From Mytilus californianus (taxonomy: Eukaryota): 64,000 nucleotides of DNA. The translations under genes and the position numbers were made by a program. The stretch's first letter is position 1, and the number at the start of each line of letters is the position of its first letter. Shown in pieces: positions 1 to 12,619 of the stretch. The notes under the pieces were generated by a model, which was not told the DNA's origin, did not search any database, and worked only from the letters and a program-made list of their open reading frames with translations. The stretch covers positions 111,352,001-111,416,000 of the forward strand of contig NW_026262679.1 in assembly GCF_021869535.1 (NCBI RefSeq), read 5' to 3'.

Positions 1-193
1 CAGGAAAATCTGTATACAGATATATGTATCAGATACCAAATTGCGTGTTCTTATTGTGATACTCACCCAGACGCATTATTCACATTAATAAAAACCTCTC
101 GATAATAATTTACAGTACTAAAATAACACTTTTTTTTATTTTAAACATCCAAATCCCTTTTCTTGATTTACCTTCACCAGGAACACTCATACC

Positions 194-1694
194 CTAACAC
201 CTGAAAGCCAAGGATGTATAAGACCTAATATTTGAAAGCCAAGGATGTATAAGACCTAACACTGGAAAGCCAAAGATGTATAAGACCTAACACTTAAAAG
301 CCAAGGATGTATAAGACCTAACACTTAAAAGCCAAGGATGTATAAGACCTAACACTTTAAAGCTAATGATGTATAAGACCTAACATTTGAAAGCCAAAGA
401 TGTATAAGACCTAACACTTAAAAGCCAAGGATGTATAAGACCTAACACTGGAAAGCCAAGGATGTATAAGACCTAACATTTGAAAGCCAAGGATGTATAA
501 GACCTAACACTTGAAAGCCAAGGATGTATAAGACCTAACATTTGAAAGCCAAGGATGTATAAGACCTAACACCTGAAAGCCAATGATGTATAAGACCTAA
601 CACTTGAAGGCCAAGGATGTATAAGACCTAACACTTGAAAACCAAGGATGTATAAGACCTAACATTTGAAAGCCAAGGATGTATAAGACCTAACATTTGA
701 AAGCCAAGGATGTATAAGACCTAACATTTGAAAGCCAAGGATGTATAAGACCTAACATTTGAAAGCCAAGGATGTATAAGACCTAACACTTGAAAGCCAA
801 GGATGTATAAGACCTAACACCTGAAAGCCAAGGATGTATAAGACCTAACACTTGAAAGCTAAGGATGTATAAGACCTAACACTTGAAAGCCAAGGATGTA
901 TAAGACCTAACACCTGAAAGCCAAGGATGTATACGACCTAACACTTAAAAGCCAAGGATGTATAAGACCTAACACTGGAAAGCCAAAGATGTATAAGACC
1001 TAACACTTAAAAGCCAAGGATGTATAAGACCTAACACTTAAAAGCCAAGGATGTATAAGACCTAACACTTTAAAGCTAATGATGTATAAGACCTAACATT
1101 TGAAAGCCAAAGATGTATAAGACCTAACACTTAAAAGCCAAGGATGTATAAGACCTAACACTGGAAAGCCAAGGATGTATAAGACCTAACATTTGAAAGC
1201 CAAGGATGTATAAGACCTAACACTTGAAAGCCAAGGATGTATAAGACCTAACATTTGAAAGCCAAGGATGTATAAGACCTAACACCTGAAAGCCAATGAT
1301 GTATAAGACCTAACACTTGAAGGCCAAGGATGTATAAGACCTAACACTTGAAAGCCAAGGATGTATAAGACCTATTACCTGAAAGCCAAGGATGTATAAG
1401 ACCTAACACTTAAAAGCTAAGGATGTATAAGACCTAACACTTGAAAGCCAAGGATGTATAAGACCTAACACCTGAAAGCCAAGGATGTATAAGACCTAAC
1501 ACTTAAAAGCCAAGGATGTATAAGACCTAACATTTGAAAGCCAAATATGTATAAGACCTAACATTTGAAAGCCAAGGATGTATAAGACCTAACATTTGTA
1601 AGCTAAGGATGTATAAGACCTAACACCTGAAAGCCTAGGATGTATAAGACCTAACACTTGAAAGCCAAGGATGTATAAGACCTAACACTTGAAG
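194..1694. repeat. 31-bp minisatellite, about 48 units
   Basis: Unit gaaagccaaggatgtataagacctaacactt, contiguous, no spacers. Confidence 0.97.
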
Positions 1695-1997
1695 GGCTAT
1701 TATGACCAAAAAAGGACTCCAAAAATAGCCAAATTCATCTAAGGTCAACTTTTCCTAAGGGAGTTGGATCCTTAGTGTCTAAAATCTTCTTAATCTATCA
1801 ATGGAGAATTATTTAAAAGTTTGTTTAGGCACTGACTACTGAGTTGTTGATACCTTCAGGAACTAACAGTTCACTAGCTGTGGTATTGACCCAGTGCTAG
1901 AAAATGAAAACAACATTTAATAAACTTTATTATTAAGAATTAAGGACAAAACTGATTAACATGTTTATTTGTAACGAACTATACATAGCTGTATTAC

Positions 1998-2117
1998 CTG
2001 CAGTCCTCCTAACATTTCTTTAGCAACACTTTCTATCACTTCTCTGACATCATCCACAGTTAAATCATTAAATGCATCAATATCTGGTACTGTAGGCTCA
2101 CCCTCTTTTGGTTTCTC
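1998..2117 (-). CDS. CABCOCO1: CABCOCO1-like exon 7 (EKPKEGEPTVPDIDAFNDLTVDDVREVIESVAKEMLGGLQ)
   Basis: 120 nt, AG acceptor, GTAATA donor; resembles the C-terminal helical segment of the family. Confidence 0.82.
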
Positions 2118-5100
2118 CTATGGGAACAAAACATAAGGAAAAAATTCATCACAATTCAAAACAGTATTTAAAAATCTGGCAAAACGAAGGAAGATTAATG
2201 TTAGTGATTCAATGATTAAAATTTAACTGCACATTTTAATTGAAAGCAGCATTACTGCTAAAATGGTTTATTATCAATAGATTTTAATAAATATCAATGG
2301 TTTCTTGACAATTACCTTTAGAATGACCTCATGACTATTACAAAAATTTAAAGAAAATACTGTCTTTAAAATTAAACAAAATTCTGCAATTTGCAAACAT
2401 TCTTGTTACATTATTATTATACTTCTTGAGTAATGCTTAAACAGTTTTTACTTTAGAAATTGTCTTATTTTTCAAATACATCTTAATTCAATCAATATTC
2501 ATGATCAAAAACAGGTCTTTATGCCTCTTTTTCATTTTTTGAGAAACCAAGATAATTTAACAATAAAACTGATATGATTTCATGTCTCAGTTAAGTTAAA
2601 ATTTTATTTCTAAAAATATATCAATTTAATAAATACTTTCAAAAGCCATTTTTCATTTAAATGATTAATAAAAGCATGTAGTCTAACTACATTTGAACTA
2701 GCAAATTTTTTTTTAATTGATATACAATATATGCAATTGAATATAAAAGTAAGCAGTAATGAAGACAAAGGCATCCTAAGATCTAAGCAATGACTATTAG
2801 TATTATTCATATATAGATTAAGTAAACTCAACTATCTACAAGTGTACTATAAAGAACATATGTTAGCGGTACAAAATATATTTCAACTGTATGATTCCAA
2901 GGATATGATTTAATATTTATTTGAAAATCTGTTTGGTTCATTGGAATGAAACTTACACAGATGGAAGATGCATATTGATTTTGAAGTCAAAACTCTAGTC
3001 AAGGTCACTGTTATTTAAAATAAAAATTGCTTGCTTGATTGGAATAAAACTTATAAAAATTGAAGATATAGGGAAGAGGAAGAAGCCTATAGATTTTGAG
3101 GTCATTAGGTCAAAGGTTAGGTCACTTTAATTACTAATAATACATTTTTTGGAAGAATGGTTTCTGGATGGTACGCTCACTTAAATTTCCCTTGCTTGAT
3201 TGAAATGAAAGATAGGGAAGGGGAAGAAACCAATTGATCACAGGGTCAAAGGTCAAGGTCACTGTTACTTAAAAAAAATGTATAGTAAATGTAAAAATGG
3301 TTTTTGGATGGTAGCTTGAGTTTCCCTTGATTGATTGGAATGAAATTCATGAAAGATATAGGGAAGGAGAAGCATTATGATATTGATTTTGGGATTAACA
3401 TGTCAAATCACTGTTACTTAAGAATTATTTTTCAAAGTTCATTTCAGGATGGTATCCCAATTTAAACATAACACATTATGCAGGCAAAATAAGGCAATAA
3501 TAGTACATGTTTATTTGTCCCTTCAAACATACTAGTATTTAGAATTGGCTTTGAACTAGCTGTCTTTAGCTGTAAATAGTATTGCCTTTGAACTAGCTGT
3601 CAGTAACTGCAAGAACTCTCAGATCTATACCTAATGTCTCTTTTATTGTGGGGATGTATAAATACCCTGCCACGTCCAATAACTGATTTTCAAAGTTTGT
3701 TTGGATGTTGTGTTACGCCACTGTCCTAGGTTAGGGGAGGGTTGGGCATCTGCAAACATGTTTAACCCCGCCAAATTCTTTATATGCCTGTCCCAAGTCA
3801 GGAGCCTGTAATTCAGTGGTTGTGGTTGATTGATGCTTCTCATATTTGTTTTTTTTATTTTATTGTTTTGTAGTTTTTTCTTGTGTTGTGCTGTAACAAC
3901 ACTGTCCTAGATTAGAAGGAGGGTTGGTGCATTCAAAAATGTGTAACCCTGCCACATTCTGTATGTCTTAGTCGGAAGCCTGTAATTCAGTGGTTGTCAT
4001 TTGTTGCTGTTCATCATATTCGCTTTTCGTTCATTGTTTTGTACATAAATCAAGCCGTTATTTTTCTTGTTTGAATTGTTTTACATTTGTCATTTTGGAA
4101 CCTTTTATAGCTGACTATGCGGTATGGGTTTTGTTCATTGTTGGAAGACCATACAGTGAGCTATAGTTGTTAACTTCTATGTCATTTGGTCTCTGGTGGA
4201 GAGTTGTCTCATTAGCAATCATACAACATCTTCTTATTTTTACAGTATTTAGAACCCTTGAAATAAAAACGTTTTCTCTTAATTAAAGCAGTTCTGGGAG
4301 CAACTGTTGGCAGTTCCAGCGTTTTGTTTGTTAAATAAAAATTACTGGTAACAATAACTCAGCAAGAGAACAAGGTTAGATGAAATTAAGGGTGGGTGGT
4401 AATATAATATATGAAGTTGACTGATTTTTCCTAGTTATCTGTTAATTGGTTAGTGTATGGGAGAGGTTGGTACAACATGTATATGGAAGTGAATATGGCT
4501 ATGGCAGACTATGAGTCACCTGTTAAGTGGCTATCAGAAATAAATGGAAATGTAACTTCAAAAGAATAATGTGCATACACATGCATGGTGTCTTTTTGTT
4601 TGCATGCAGGTTAAAATATAAATATTGAAATCATGCTTAGACTCTTTAAACATCATTGTTAGAATCATGCATTACCTTACTTAACTCTATCTTAACATGT
4701 TTTTCCATATTTCATAATAGTTGTAATCTTATGTAAGCAATGGAAATTTAAAGTTTTCCATTTACTAAGAAAAGAACGTGTATTAGTATTAAAATATTTG
4801 AAATAATGGGATCATTTTAACAGATTGGACATACCGGTATATGATTCCTGTTAAATAGTAAGTCTTTTGATTTGTGAATATTGAGTCCTTTGGGCTGTGG
4901 TTAGAAAAAAATTAATATAATAAAGATCAAATAAAATTAGCGACAAAAATTAAGTCACAGATATCAGGGAAAGACATTTCAATATTTACAATGTTTGTAA
5001 TTCCCAAAAAATCAAGAAAGGTCAAATGTACTGTTTGTCTTGCCTTTTCTCATTATTGCCAGATAACTTTGTGTATGTTTCAAATGTATTACTGTTAATT

Positions 5101-8100
5101 CAGAAATTTTTGTGTTTATTTATTATTGGCATTGTTGAAAAATGTACATAAATGCCAGATTAATTATTGCCACCTCAGGAAATGTTGAATACAAATAATG
5201 CCAACAAAATTCAACATGAAAGTTTTACTTTTTGTGAAACCTATCCTGTCCAAATTTTTGCAAAAATAAAAACATCCCAATTTTTTTTTAATTTACATGA
5301 TAACGTTAAGTGTATGAAAATTTCTATCCCAGTAAGCTAATAATGCATAAATAGGAAAAACGAAAATATTGACATCTGACTTTTTCACATCTTAGTAATT
5401 ACTTATCTCTGAAGTCTTATAAGGAAGTCTCATTCTTTTGCCTGAGTGGATAGATAGAAAATAAATAAGTCAGAAAGTTTTTTTTTTGTGATAACTGGGT
5501 ATGAATTTTCATCATTAACTCATTATTTGATCTTTATTCGTATGCAATAGCAGTGAAAAATAAAGGGAGATAACTTAATATATGTATACCAATTACCTGA
5601 TCTGATTTTGTATCTTCAGCACCCTACATTTAATCATACAAGGAGATAAGATTTGTTTAAATGTTGATGTATGTTTATATCTAAGAATATATTTCATTAA
5701 ATAACTAAAAAAAATTATTATATTGGAATCAAGGGAAAATACATTCATAATATCTCATTATATATTGCATAAAATATGAAATTGAAATAAACAAACTAAA
5801 AACTAAAAAAATAACTTAAAAATATCTCTGCATTATTTGATATTTGATACATACCTCTGCAGGTGGTGGTGTAGGTGGGGGTGTGGCTATAAATGAGGCA
5901 TACATATCATCCTGAACTCCTTCATGTAGAGGGGGAGGGAATGGCAGTGTAGAAGGCTTGGCCACTTCTATAGAAAGCTGTAAAAATTTTGATCTTAATT
6001 TTACTTCATGTATTAACTACCTGCAATATTATATACTTACTGTTTATCTGGACAAAAATTGAAGTTTTCCACATAAATAATGGATTGAAGACTCATAGAA
6101 AAAACTATATTGTACAAGCTAGTAAATTTTAAACTATTTTTTCAATGGAAGTTATAAAAAAAATTGATTTTAAATTAACACGAAAGTTTTAGAACAAAGA
6201 CAACAATAGTAAAAGTACTATCAATATAATATTTCATTGTATTTTCTCCATCCCATAATTACAAAAATGTAGCAAAATTTTATTTCTAATAGCGATAATA
6301 TGTATATGTTAATATATAATTTAAGAAAAATACATCTTCTTTCTTTTATAAATTGTTTACAATTAATGACATTTGTTAATTATATGTGTCAAGATAGGGT
6401 TTTCCCATAAAATAGTGTCAATATCTTTACCAGAAACCACATAAACACAGGACTAATGGTTTTTTTTCGATTATAAACTTCCAGTAGCATATCAACGATG
6501 AAAACAAAAGTGATTTTTGGTTTTCACTTTTGTTCAAGTAATTATATATATGTACTCACATCTGTTCCAATAATTTCTTCTGCTTGAGTGTGTGTGAACA
6601 TAAACTGGTATAAATTATAGTGCTGGAACAAACTATAATGTAAAGATATTACAAAAACATGTAATGGGAAAATATAAATCAAAAGCAGAATTTAAAAAAA
6701 AATTAAAAAAATCAATATCTAATGCTACACATTGTGAGCAACATAGGAAGAATAATCATTACTGCTCATTATTTAACAAATTGAGATATGGGGATATTTT
6801 TGACTGCCACAAATTATCTCCCTTGCCACAATTCCAAAATATTGACAGTAACTATGTTCCAGAGATTCCCTCAGGTTTTGTTTATTATCCTGATTTTGTA
6901 TATTCCTAATGGATTTGCAATATTTGAAATCAGTACTGTTAACTACTGTTATCTCTATTTCATCACAATTTTTTTAAAAGGTTCATAATTTTAAAGTCTT
7001 ACATCAATGGTATGAAACACCGCCTCGGTGGTCTCGTGGTAGAGTGTTCGCCTCAAGTGCGGGAGGTTGTTGGTTCAAACCCTGGCCGGGTCAAACCAAA
7101 GACTTTAAAATTGGTATTTGCTGCTTCTCCGCTAAGCACACAGCATTAAGGAGTAAGAGCAAAGACTGGTTAGCTCGGAGTCAGAATAATGTGTCTGGGT
7201 AAGGTGACATGTTTTCCTGCGGACTGTTACCTTGTGAACTAGCACATTAAAAATACGGCTCAGCATGTCGGTCTAGTACAAAGCAGTGCTAAATTTCATA
7301 TTACATTAACATGTTCTCGTCCTGAAAATGCATATTAATTTGCCGCTGGACGTTAAGCAGCCATCCATAGTCATCATCATCAATGGTATGAAAACTGATC
7401 AAATTTTGAAAGAAATCATTATCATTATACCAGTATAGCTAAAACATAACTAAAAACCTTCATTTACTATGATTTTGAAATTGCCCAAAAAATAGGTTTT
7501 GTCAATATCTACAAGAATTTTTTTTTTATTTCCACGATTGCATGTTGTGAAAGCATAAAAAATTATTTGCCATGCTAAATAAATCAATTATCATGCAAAT
7601 ATACAAAAGAATTGATTAATCTGCAAAACTGTATGTTCACTGAGTAAATTCTACATGGAGATTTTCAAAACTTGGCAGTCAGATATACATGTATATCAGA
7701 CTTAATTATCCATTGTCATTTTTCTTGTTTTGACAATGAAATATGTTCAAAGTATGAGACTTAGCTTTATAATAAAATTCATACCTAGTATGTATGTACA
7801 GAGCAATGGCTCTTGCCTGTGCTACAGAGAAGAAATCTAAACCAGCTGATTTAACATCTGGATATTCTGGTTCTATACCCATCATTACGGCTTTAAATTC
7901 TTTCAAATTGTCTACTTTATTCATGTGTTGTTCTGTAAAAAAAGTTTATTTGCTAATGTTACAATATACAAGGTCTAGTAAATCAGAAATAAACTTGCTT
8001 TATGAATTGTCAGAAAGTGTGGGAATCATATTAATAAAACTTAAACCTTAAATTTACTACTATTATTTTCTTACACAAATGCACTAGAATTAAACTGTTT

Positions 8101-11100
8101 ATAGTCAGAAAACATTTATGGTATACTGTTAATTCAGAAATTATTGTGTGTGCAATTATTAAAGTTTATGTTGAAAATGGATAAAAGTTTGAGATTGGTT
8201 AAATATTGTGAATTCAGACAATGGGACATACAAATGTTGCTATAAAAATTTTAAATGTGAGTTTTTTATTTTTGCAAATCCTATCCATTCTCAAAATAAT
8301 AAAAACATCACAAAAATTTATGAATCTAAATAATTTGGATTTCTTTTAAAGGGGCATTAGCTGTCAAATTCATGTTCACCGATTTGACTCAAATTCTTAC
8401 ATTTGACTCATAACATAGTAAAACGCATATCCAAATTATGAAAAAAGTCTAAAATAAACAATTTAAGTTGCAAAGACTCGATTTTATGTGTGAGCATTTT
8501 GTGTGTATTTTAGTCCAGACGACATCTAATTAACCATTGAGGTGACCTCCGAAGATTGCCGACGGTCATACAACCCAATATAAACATAAACATAGATATA
8601 AATAGATTGTGAACTCGTGCAATTGGATTTTTCTAGGTCTGTTTGATTTCATATTATAGGTTAAAAAATATGTTAATAATCCTTTTTACCTGTATAAGAA
8701 TGAGTTTTTCTAGATCGAATCAGTCAACCAAATGGTTTACCCTTGTTTCATTTCCAATGTTTACATTCTTTTCCATTTAATAACTGAACACGCCTAGTTC
8801 ATGCGCAATACATCTCTAGCTATAGGGATCAATTTAAGTTCACATGAATACAGATTCAATGAGGTCGAATTATTCATTTGCAAGTGAATAATTCATTAGC
8901 AATGTCTCTTTGCTTATTTTGACAAAACTGAACCAAACTGATTGTTAAAAGCAAATTATTATTTCAATATTTCACTTTCATTATTATTGATAAAAAAACA
9001 ATTATATTTCATTTTTTTTATATCTCGTAGCTAATGCCCCTTTAAATTTGATTTCAATCCACAAACTTTGTATGGTAACAATTACCTACAAAGGCTGTCG
9101 AAATGGATATCTCATTCATAACTTTTTTAGACTAACTAGGAGCAATTTGGAATATGACATGATACATTTTTATAGTTTGGACCATATTTTTACCTCTATT
9201 TTTTATTTTTTTCTATTGTGCTACTGTTTCATAAACATATACCAATAAATACATTCCATCATAATTAGCATTTTTTTTGTCAATTTTAGGAGATAATATT
9301 GACACACTGAATTGGCAATAAAGTAAATACAGCATTGAAAGTATTTAAGAACTTTTTTGAAGTTTCAGGGTCAAATATTGGCTATTATCACATCCCACTT
9401 TACAAAAATTACAATTTTGCCATTATTTTGGCATAATTTGAAGATACATCATTAATGTTATTACTTCTAATTGTGTCTTTGTTCTATGGTTGTTTTGTTA
9501 ATGCAACGCTCAGTGTTGGTACATTTATATAGATACATGTACCTCTAAAATTAAATAGACATAGATTATCTAATTCTGTAGATCATTTTCTTGTTTAATT
9601 ACCTTTTACATTGTCAAAAAGGTTATAAACTACAGTAAATAACCCAGATAACTGTTGTGGGTTTAGTCCTTGTTCTTTACCCCACCAGACTGCTCCTGTG
9701 TAATAATCTAACGTGGATGCTTCTTGTAAATCTGTGCTGTAGTTTTTTAATTTGAATATATCACCTAGTTCTCTGAAAATGAAGTAAAATATATAAAAAT
9801 AACAAAATATGGTTATTTTTTTACTTTTATATTTCAAAATGTAAAAATCTTACACATACATTGTAAATAAGATAATGTGACACAAATGATTCTTGAAGAA
9901 CAAATAAATAGGAGGAAATGGAGATGAGGCCACCATGAGGGTTACATCAATAAGACAGTAACCAAACAAAGGAGGTGAGGCCACCATGAGGGTTACATTA
10001 TTAAGACAGCAACCAAACAAGGATATGAGGCCACCATGAGGGTTACATCAATAAGACAGTAACCAAACAAAGGAGGTGAGGCCACCATGAGGGTTACATT
10101 ATTAAGACAGCAACCAAACAAGGATATGATTCCACCATGAGGGTTACATCAAGAAGACAATAACCAAACAAAGGAGATGAGGCCAACTTGATAGTTACAT
10201 TATTAAGACAGCAACCTAACAAGGCGATGAGGCCAGCATGATGGTTACATCAATAAGACAGTAACCAAATAAAGGAGATGAGGCCATCTGGAGACTTACA
10301 CTATTAAGACAGCAACAAAACAAAAAAATAACAACTGCAGGCAATCTCTCTTAGAGTAGCTAGACTTCTCACAAGCTGTGAATGAATTCCAGAGATGACC
10401 AATGATCTGACATCAACATCATAAACAGACCAGGAAAAACCTTTATACATGTAGCATAAACACAAACAGACCTAAATAGCAACACCCACTTACAAGATTC
10501 CTAATATGTAAATTAAACATAATGAAAGGTTTATTAAAAATCCCAGTAATTTATGAGTAGTACATGTACAATATTAAAATGATGGGCTATTAGAACAAGT
10601 ATATGTAAATATGATAATAACAATAACAATAATCCTCCCATAAAGGTTTGACCCTTTATCTGTGAAAATTATGTCTACATTTTGGGGAGGAGGGGGTAGT
10701 GACCGGTAGTTTGTAAATGGGATATTGAGCAGATTTTCCTTATGTTGTTTAATACTAGTTTTTTAAATAATAATAGAATTCACATTTTGCCAAAACAAAA
10801 AAAACAGTTTAAAAATTATTATGTCTTTTAATTCACCTACTTTTTTGAATTAAGGTCCTAGTATACTTTCTTTTACGTTAGGGGTTCCTGTACTGCAGGG
10901 TTAGAGTTCATTTATAGTTAGGGTTAGTTAAAGTATTTAAGACTTTTAAGTTTATTAGAGCTCGAGATCTACATGGGTTTGAATTCTTTATATAAAAAAA
11001 GTGCAAGAATGACTGCTCAAAATGTTCTGATTGAAAAAACTATATAAAATATCTACTGCATAAGATTTTGTGATGATTTATCATTCAGAACAAAGAAACT

Positions 11101-12167
11101 ATGAAATTACTTTTGTATGTCTTCAACTTCTAATGTGAGTAATTTTTTCGTCTGGTCTTCTGACAATACTTTAAATGCCAGAACAGCAGTTTCATCATCT
11201 GGATCATCCTAAAAGAAAGAATCAATAATTATACAAGAGGATCCTCTAATAATATTATATGAATTATCCTAATAAAGGTCACTCTTTGTATAAAATACAC
11301 ATCTTGTAAGAGGTCAATTCTATCCAGATTGTTCTAAGACCTTATAAACACTGGTAGCTAATTTGCTATTGGCACCTAAATCGCCTAAGCTAAAGTCTCA
11401 CTCAGGTTATATAACAGAGAATTATTGAAAGTTACCCTGTTACTGTTGTGTTGATGGACGCTGCCATGTACAACATGTAAGTCATACAATTTCCTGTAAA
11501 TTTGTATATCTACCAAAAAGAATACTGACTTCCTTCTCTTTCACGGGTACAAGTCAAATCGGCACTTGGTTGATTAGGCACATTTAGAAAAAGTCAGATG
11601 GGCACTAAGTCAAATCGGCACCTTATATCATTTTCTTTCTTTTGAGGTATGGGCAAAAATTTGTATAGTACTGTACAAAATTATTGGTACGGGGAACATA
11701 TTTTTTTTGCTTTTTTTACATAAAAAAACAGAGTATTTTACTTGAAAAACATCATGTGAACCGCAGGTGCCAAAAATAACAAGGTAACAAGGTTTGACTA
11801 TTCCAGGTGCCGAAGTGAGTAGAATTCCTCTTCACAGGGAACAATTGCTTCATATTAATGGTTAAGTTTCGTTTTAAAGGCTTTCATTTCAATTTGAAAA
11901 TTTAAACCTTGTGACTAACAAGTTAAGCAAACATGCAAAATAACTTGTTATAAACCATTACAACCATCGCCTTTAGGAGCTGATCAGGTAGAATCTACAT
12001 CATATCAAACGATTAAGTATAGACTATTGCGAATCTGGGACGACTGCAAAAAATATACACACTTCTTCCACGGTTACTTTTTTCTTTCCTTTGATATCTT
12101 TCCCTGTAGATGCATTAGATCTCGTTGACTTTCCAGAACTTGATTTTGATTGACTTTTCGCGGCCAT
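1998..12167 (-). CDS. CABCOCO1: CABCOCO1/C10orf107-like ciliary protein (CLAMP / C1a-32 domain family), 7 coding exons, 3' end incomplete
   Basis: GT-AG exons 12167-12063, 11208-11111, 9772-9603, 7932-7785, 6632-6560, 5977-5855 and 2117-1998 join in frame (phases 0,2,1,2,0,0,0). The product MAAKSQ...SLFQHYNLYQFMFTHTQAEEIIGTDLSIEVAKPSTLPFPPPLHEG...LTVDDVREVIESVAKEMLGGLQ resembles the CABCOCO1 pattern SLFQHYKLYEFMF...EEIVIGTE...PFPNPLEEG as I recall it. The stop-bearing exon was not found. Confidence 0.85.
3700..4245 (-). repeat. High-copy interspersed repeat, partly duplicated internally
   Basis: cctgtcccaagtcaggagcctgtaattcagtggttgtc...tctggtggagagttgtctcatt; same family at 13455-13900, 28530-28810, 40690-40998 and 49925-50220. 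Confidence 0.8.
5855..5977 (-). CDS. CABCOCO1: CABCOCO1-like exon 6 (LSIEVAKPSTLPFPPPLHEG...PPPAE)
   Basis: 123 nt, ttttacAG acceptor, GTATGT donor. Confidence 0.88.
6560..6632 (-). CDS. CABCOCO1: CABCOCO1-like exon 5 (LFQHYNLYQFMFTHTQAEEIIGTD)
   Basis: 73 nt, GTGAGT donor, carries the family LFQHYxLYxFMF motif. Confidence 0.9.
7018..7377 (+). mobile_element. tRNA-derived SINE, full length, with 16-bp target-site duplication
   Basis: A box TGGTCTCGTGG, B box GGTTCAAACCC, conserved core (gagtaagagcaaagactggtt...), (TCA)n tail; TSD CATCAATGGTATGAAA at 7002-7017 and 7378-7393. Confidence 0.9.
7785..7932 (-). CDS. CABCOCO1: CABCOCO1-like exon 4 (QHMNKVDNLKEFKAVMMG...AIALYIHT)
   Basis: ttttacAG acceptor, GTATGA donor, 148 nt. 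Confidence 0.85.
8350..9041. mobile_element. Non-autonomous DNA transposon, Kolobok-like, 692 bp
   Basis: Perfect 13-bp TIR AGGGGCATTAGCT, TTAA on both flanks (8346-8349, 9042-9045), no ORF. Confidence 0.85.
9603..9772 (-). CDS. CABCOCO1: CABCOCO1-like exon 3 (ELGDIFKLKNYSTDLQEASTLDYY...NLFDNVK)
   Basis: ttttcAG acceptor, GTAATT donor, 170 nt; lies within track ORF 9595..9837. Confidence 0.85.
9919..10320. repeat. Tandem repeat of alternating 51/50-bp monomers (101-bp dimer), about 8 monomers
   Basis: gaggccaccatgagggttacat followed alternately by caataagacagtaacc and tattaagacagcaacc. Confidence 0.92.
11111..11208 (-). CDS. CABCOCO1: CABCOCO1-like exon 2 (DDPDDETAVLAFKVLSEDQTKKLLTLEVEDIQ)
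   Basis: Pyrimidine tract plus AG acceptor, GTAATT donor, 98 nt, in frame with neighbours. Confidence 0.85.
12063..12167 (-). CDS. CABCOCO1: CABCOCO1-like exon 1 (MAAKSQSKSSSGKSTRSNASTGKDIKGKKKVTVEE)
   Basis: ATG at 12167, GT donor at 12062, 105 nt, CpG-rich upstream flank. Confidence 0.75.
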
Positions 12168-12174
12168 ATTGTTT

Positions 12175-12189
12175 GTTGCTATGCATGAT
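12175..12189. promoter_or_regulatory. Possible RFX X-box half-site next to the CABCOCO1-like start
   Basis: GTTGCTATG matches one X-box half; the second half is poor. Located 8 bp upstream of the ATG of a ciliary gene. Confidence 0.25.
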
Positions 12190-12619
12190 AGACGATTTCT
12201 ATTTCCGGCAAAAGAGAGTGGTGAAAGTTGATACAACTAAATACCTATTTTCTACTACGAAAGTGTGCAATAACGTTCCAAATTTTAAAAACTTACCCCT
12301 TTCTTGCCTTTCTTCTGCAAATGAAAATATTGAAGTGAATCATTTGAATATTTATTTAGATATAATCGATTTTAATAAAATAAAAAAAATGGTAGCATAG
12401 AATATAGGCCTATATATTATCACTTATTATTAGCGGGCAACTGGGCCGAAAACAAGAGTGTTGCCCGGTGCGCAAACCTTTTTTTTAAGTCATCAAAGTT
12501 GTATGAATTCAGCGTCTAGTCGTGAATTCTAGTTTTGAACTTTTTGTTTATATTATTTTAACATCAAACGAACTCTTTTCTAGTCACTTGAAATATCACA
12601 AGTCATAGTCTGCAGACGG

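Noticed and set aside
194-1694. CRISPR-like array
   Set aside because: Units are contiguous with no unique spacers, there are no cas genes, and the context is eukaryotic. The same applies to the 25, 39, 49 and 56-bp arrays.
1740-1894. Exon-like minus-strand segments HWVNTTASELLVPE and IKKILDTKDPTPLGKVDLR as the CABCOCO1-like terminal exon
   Set aside because: No resemblance to the family C-terminus, and the two pieces do not join in phase.
7018-7095. tRNA gene
   Set aside because: It has A and B boxes but no full cloverleaf, and it continues into a SINE core and tail flanked by a TSD.
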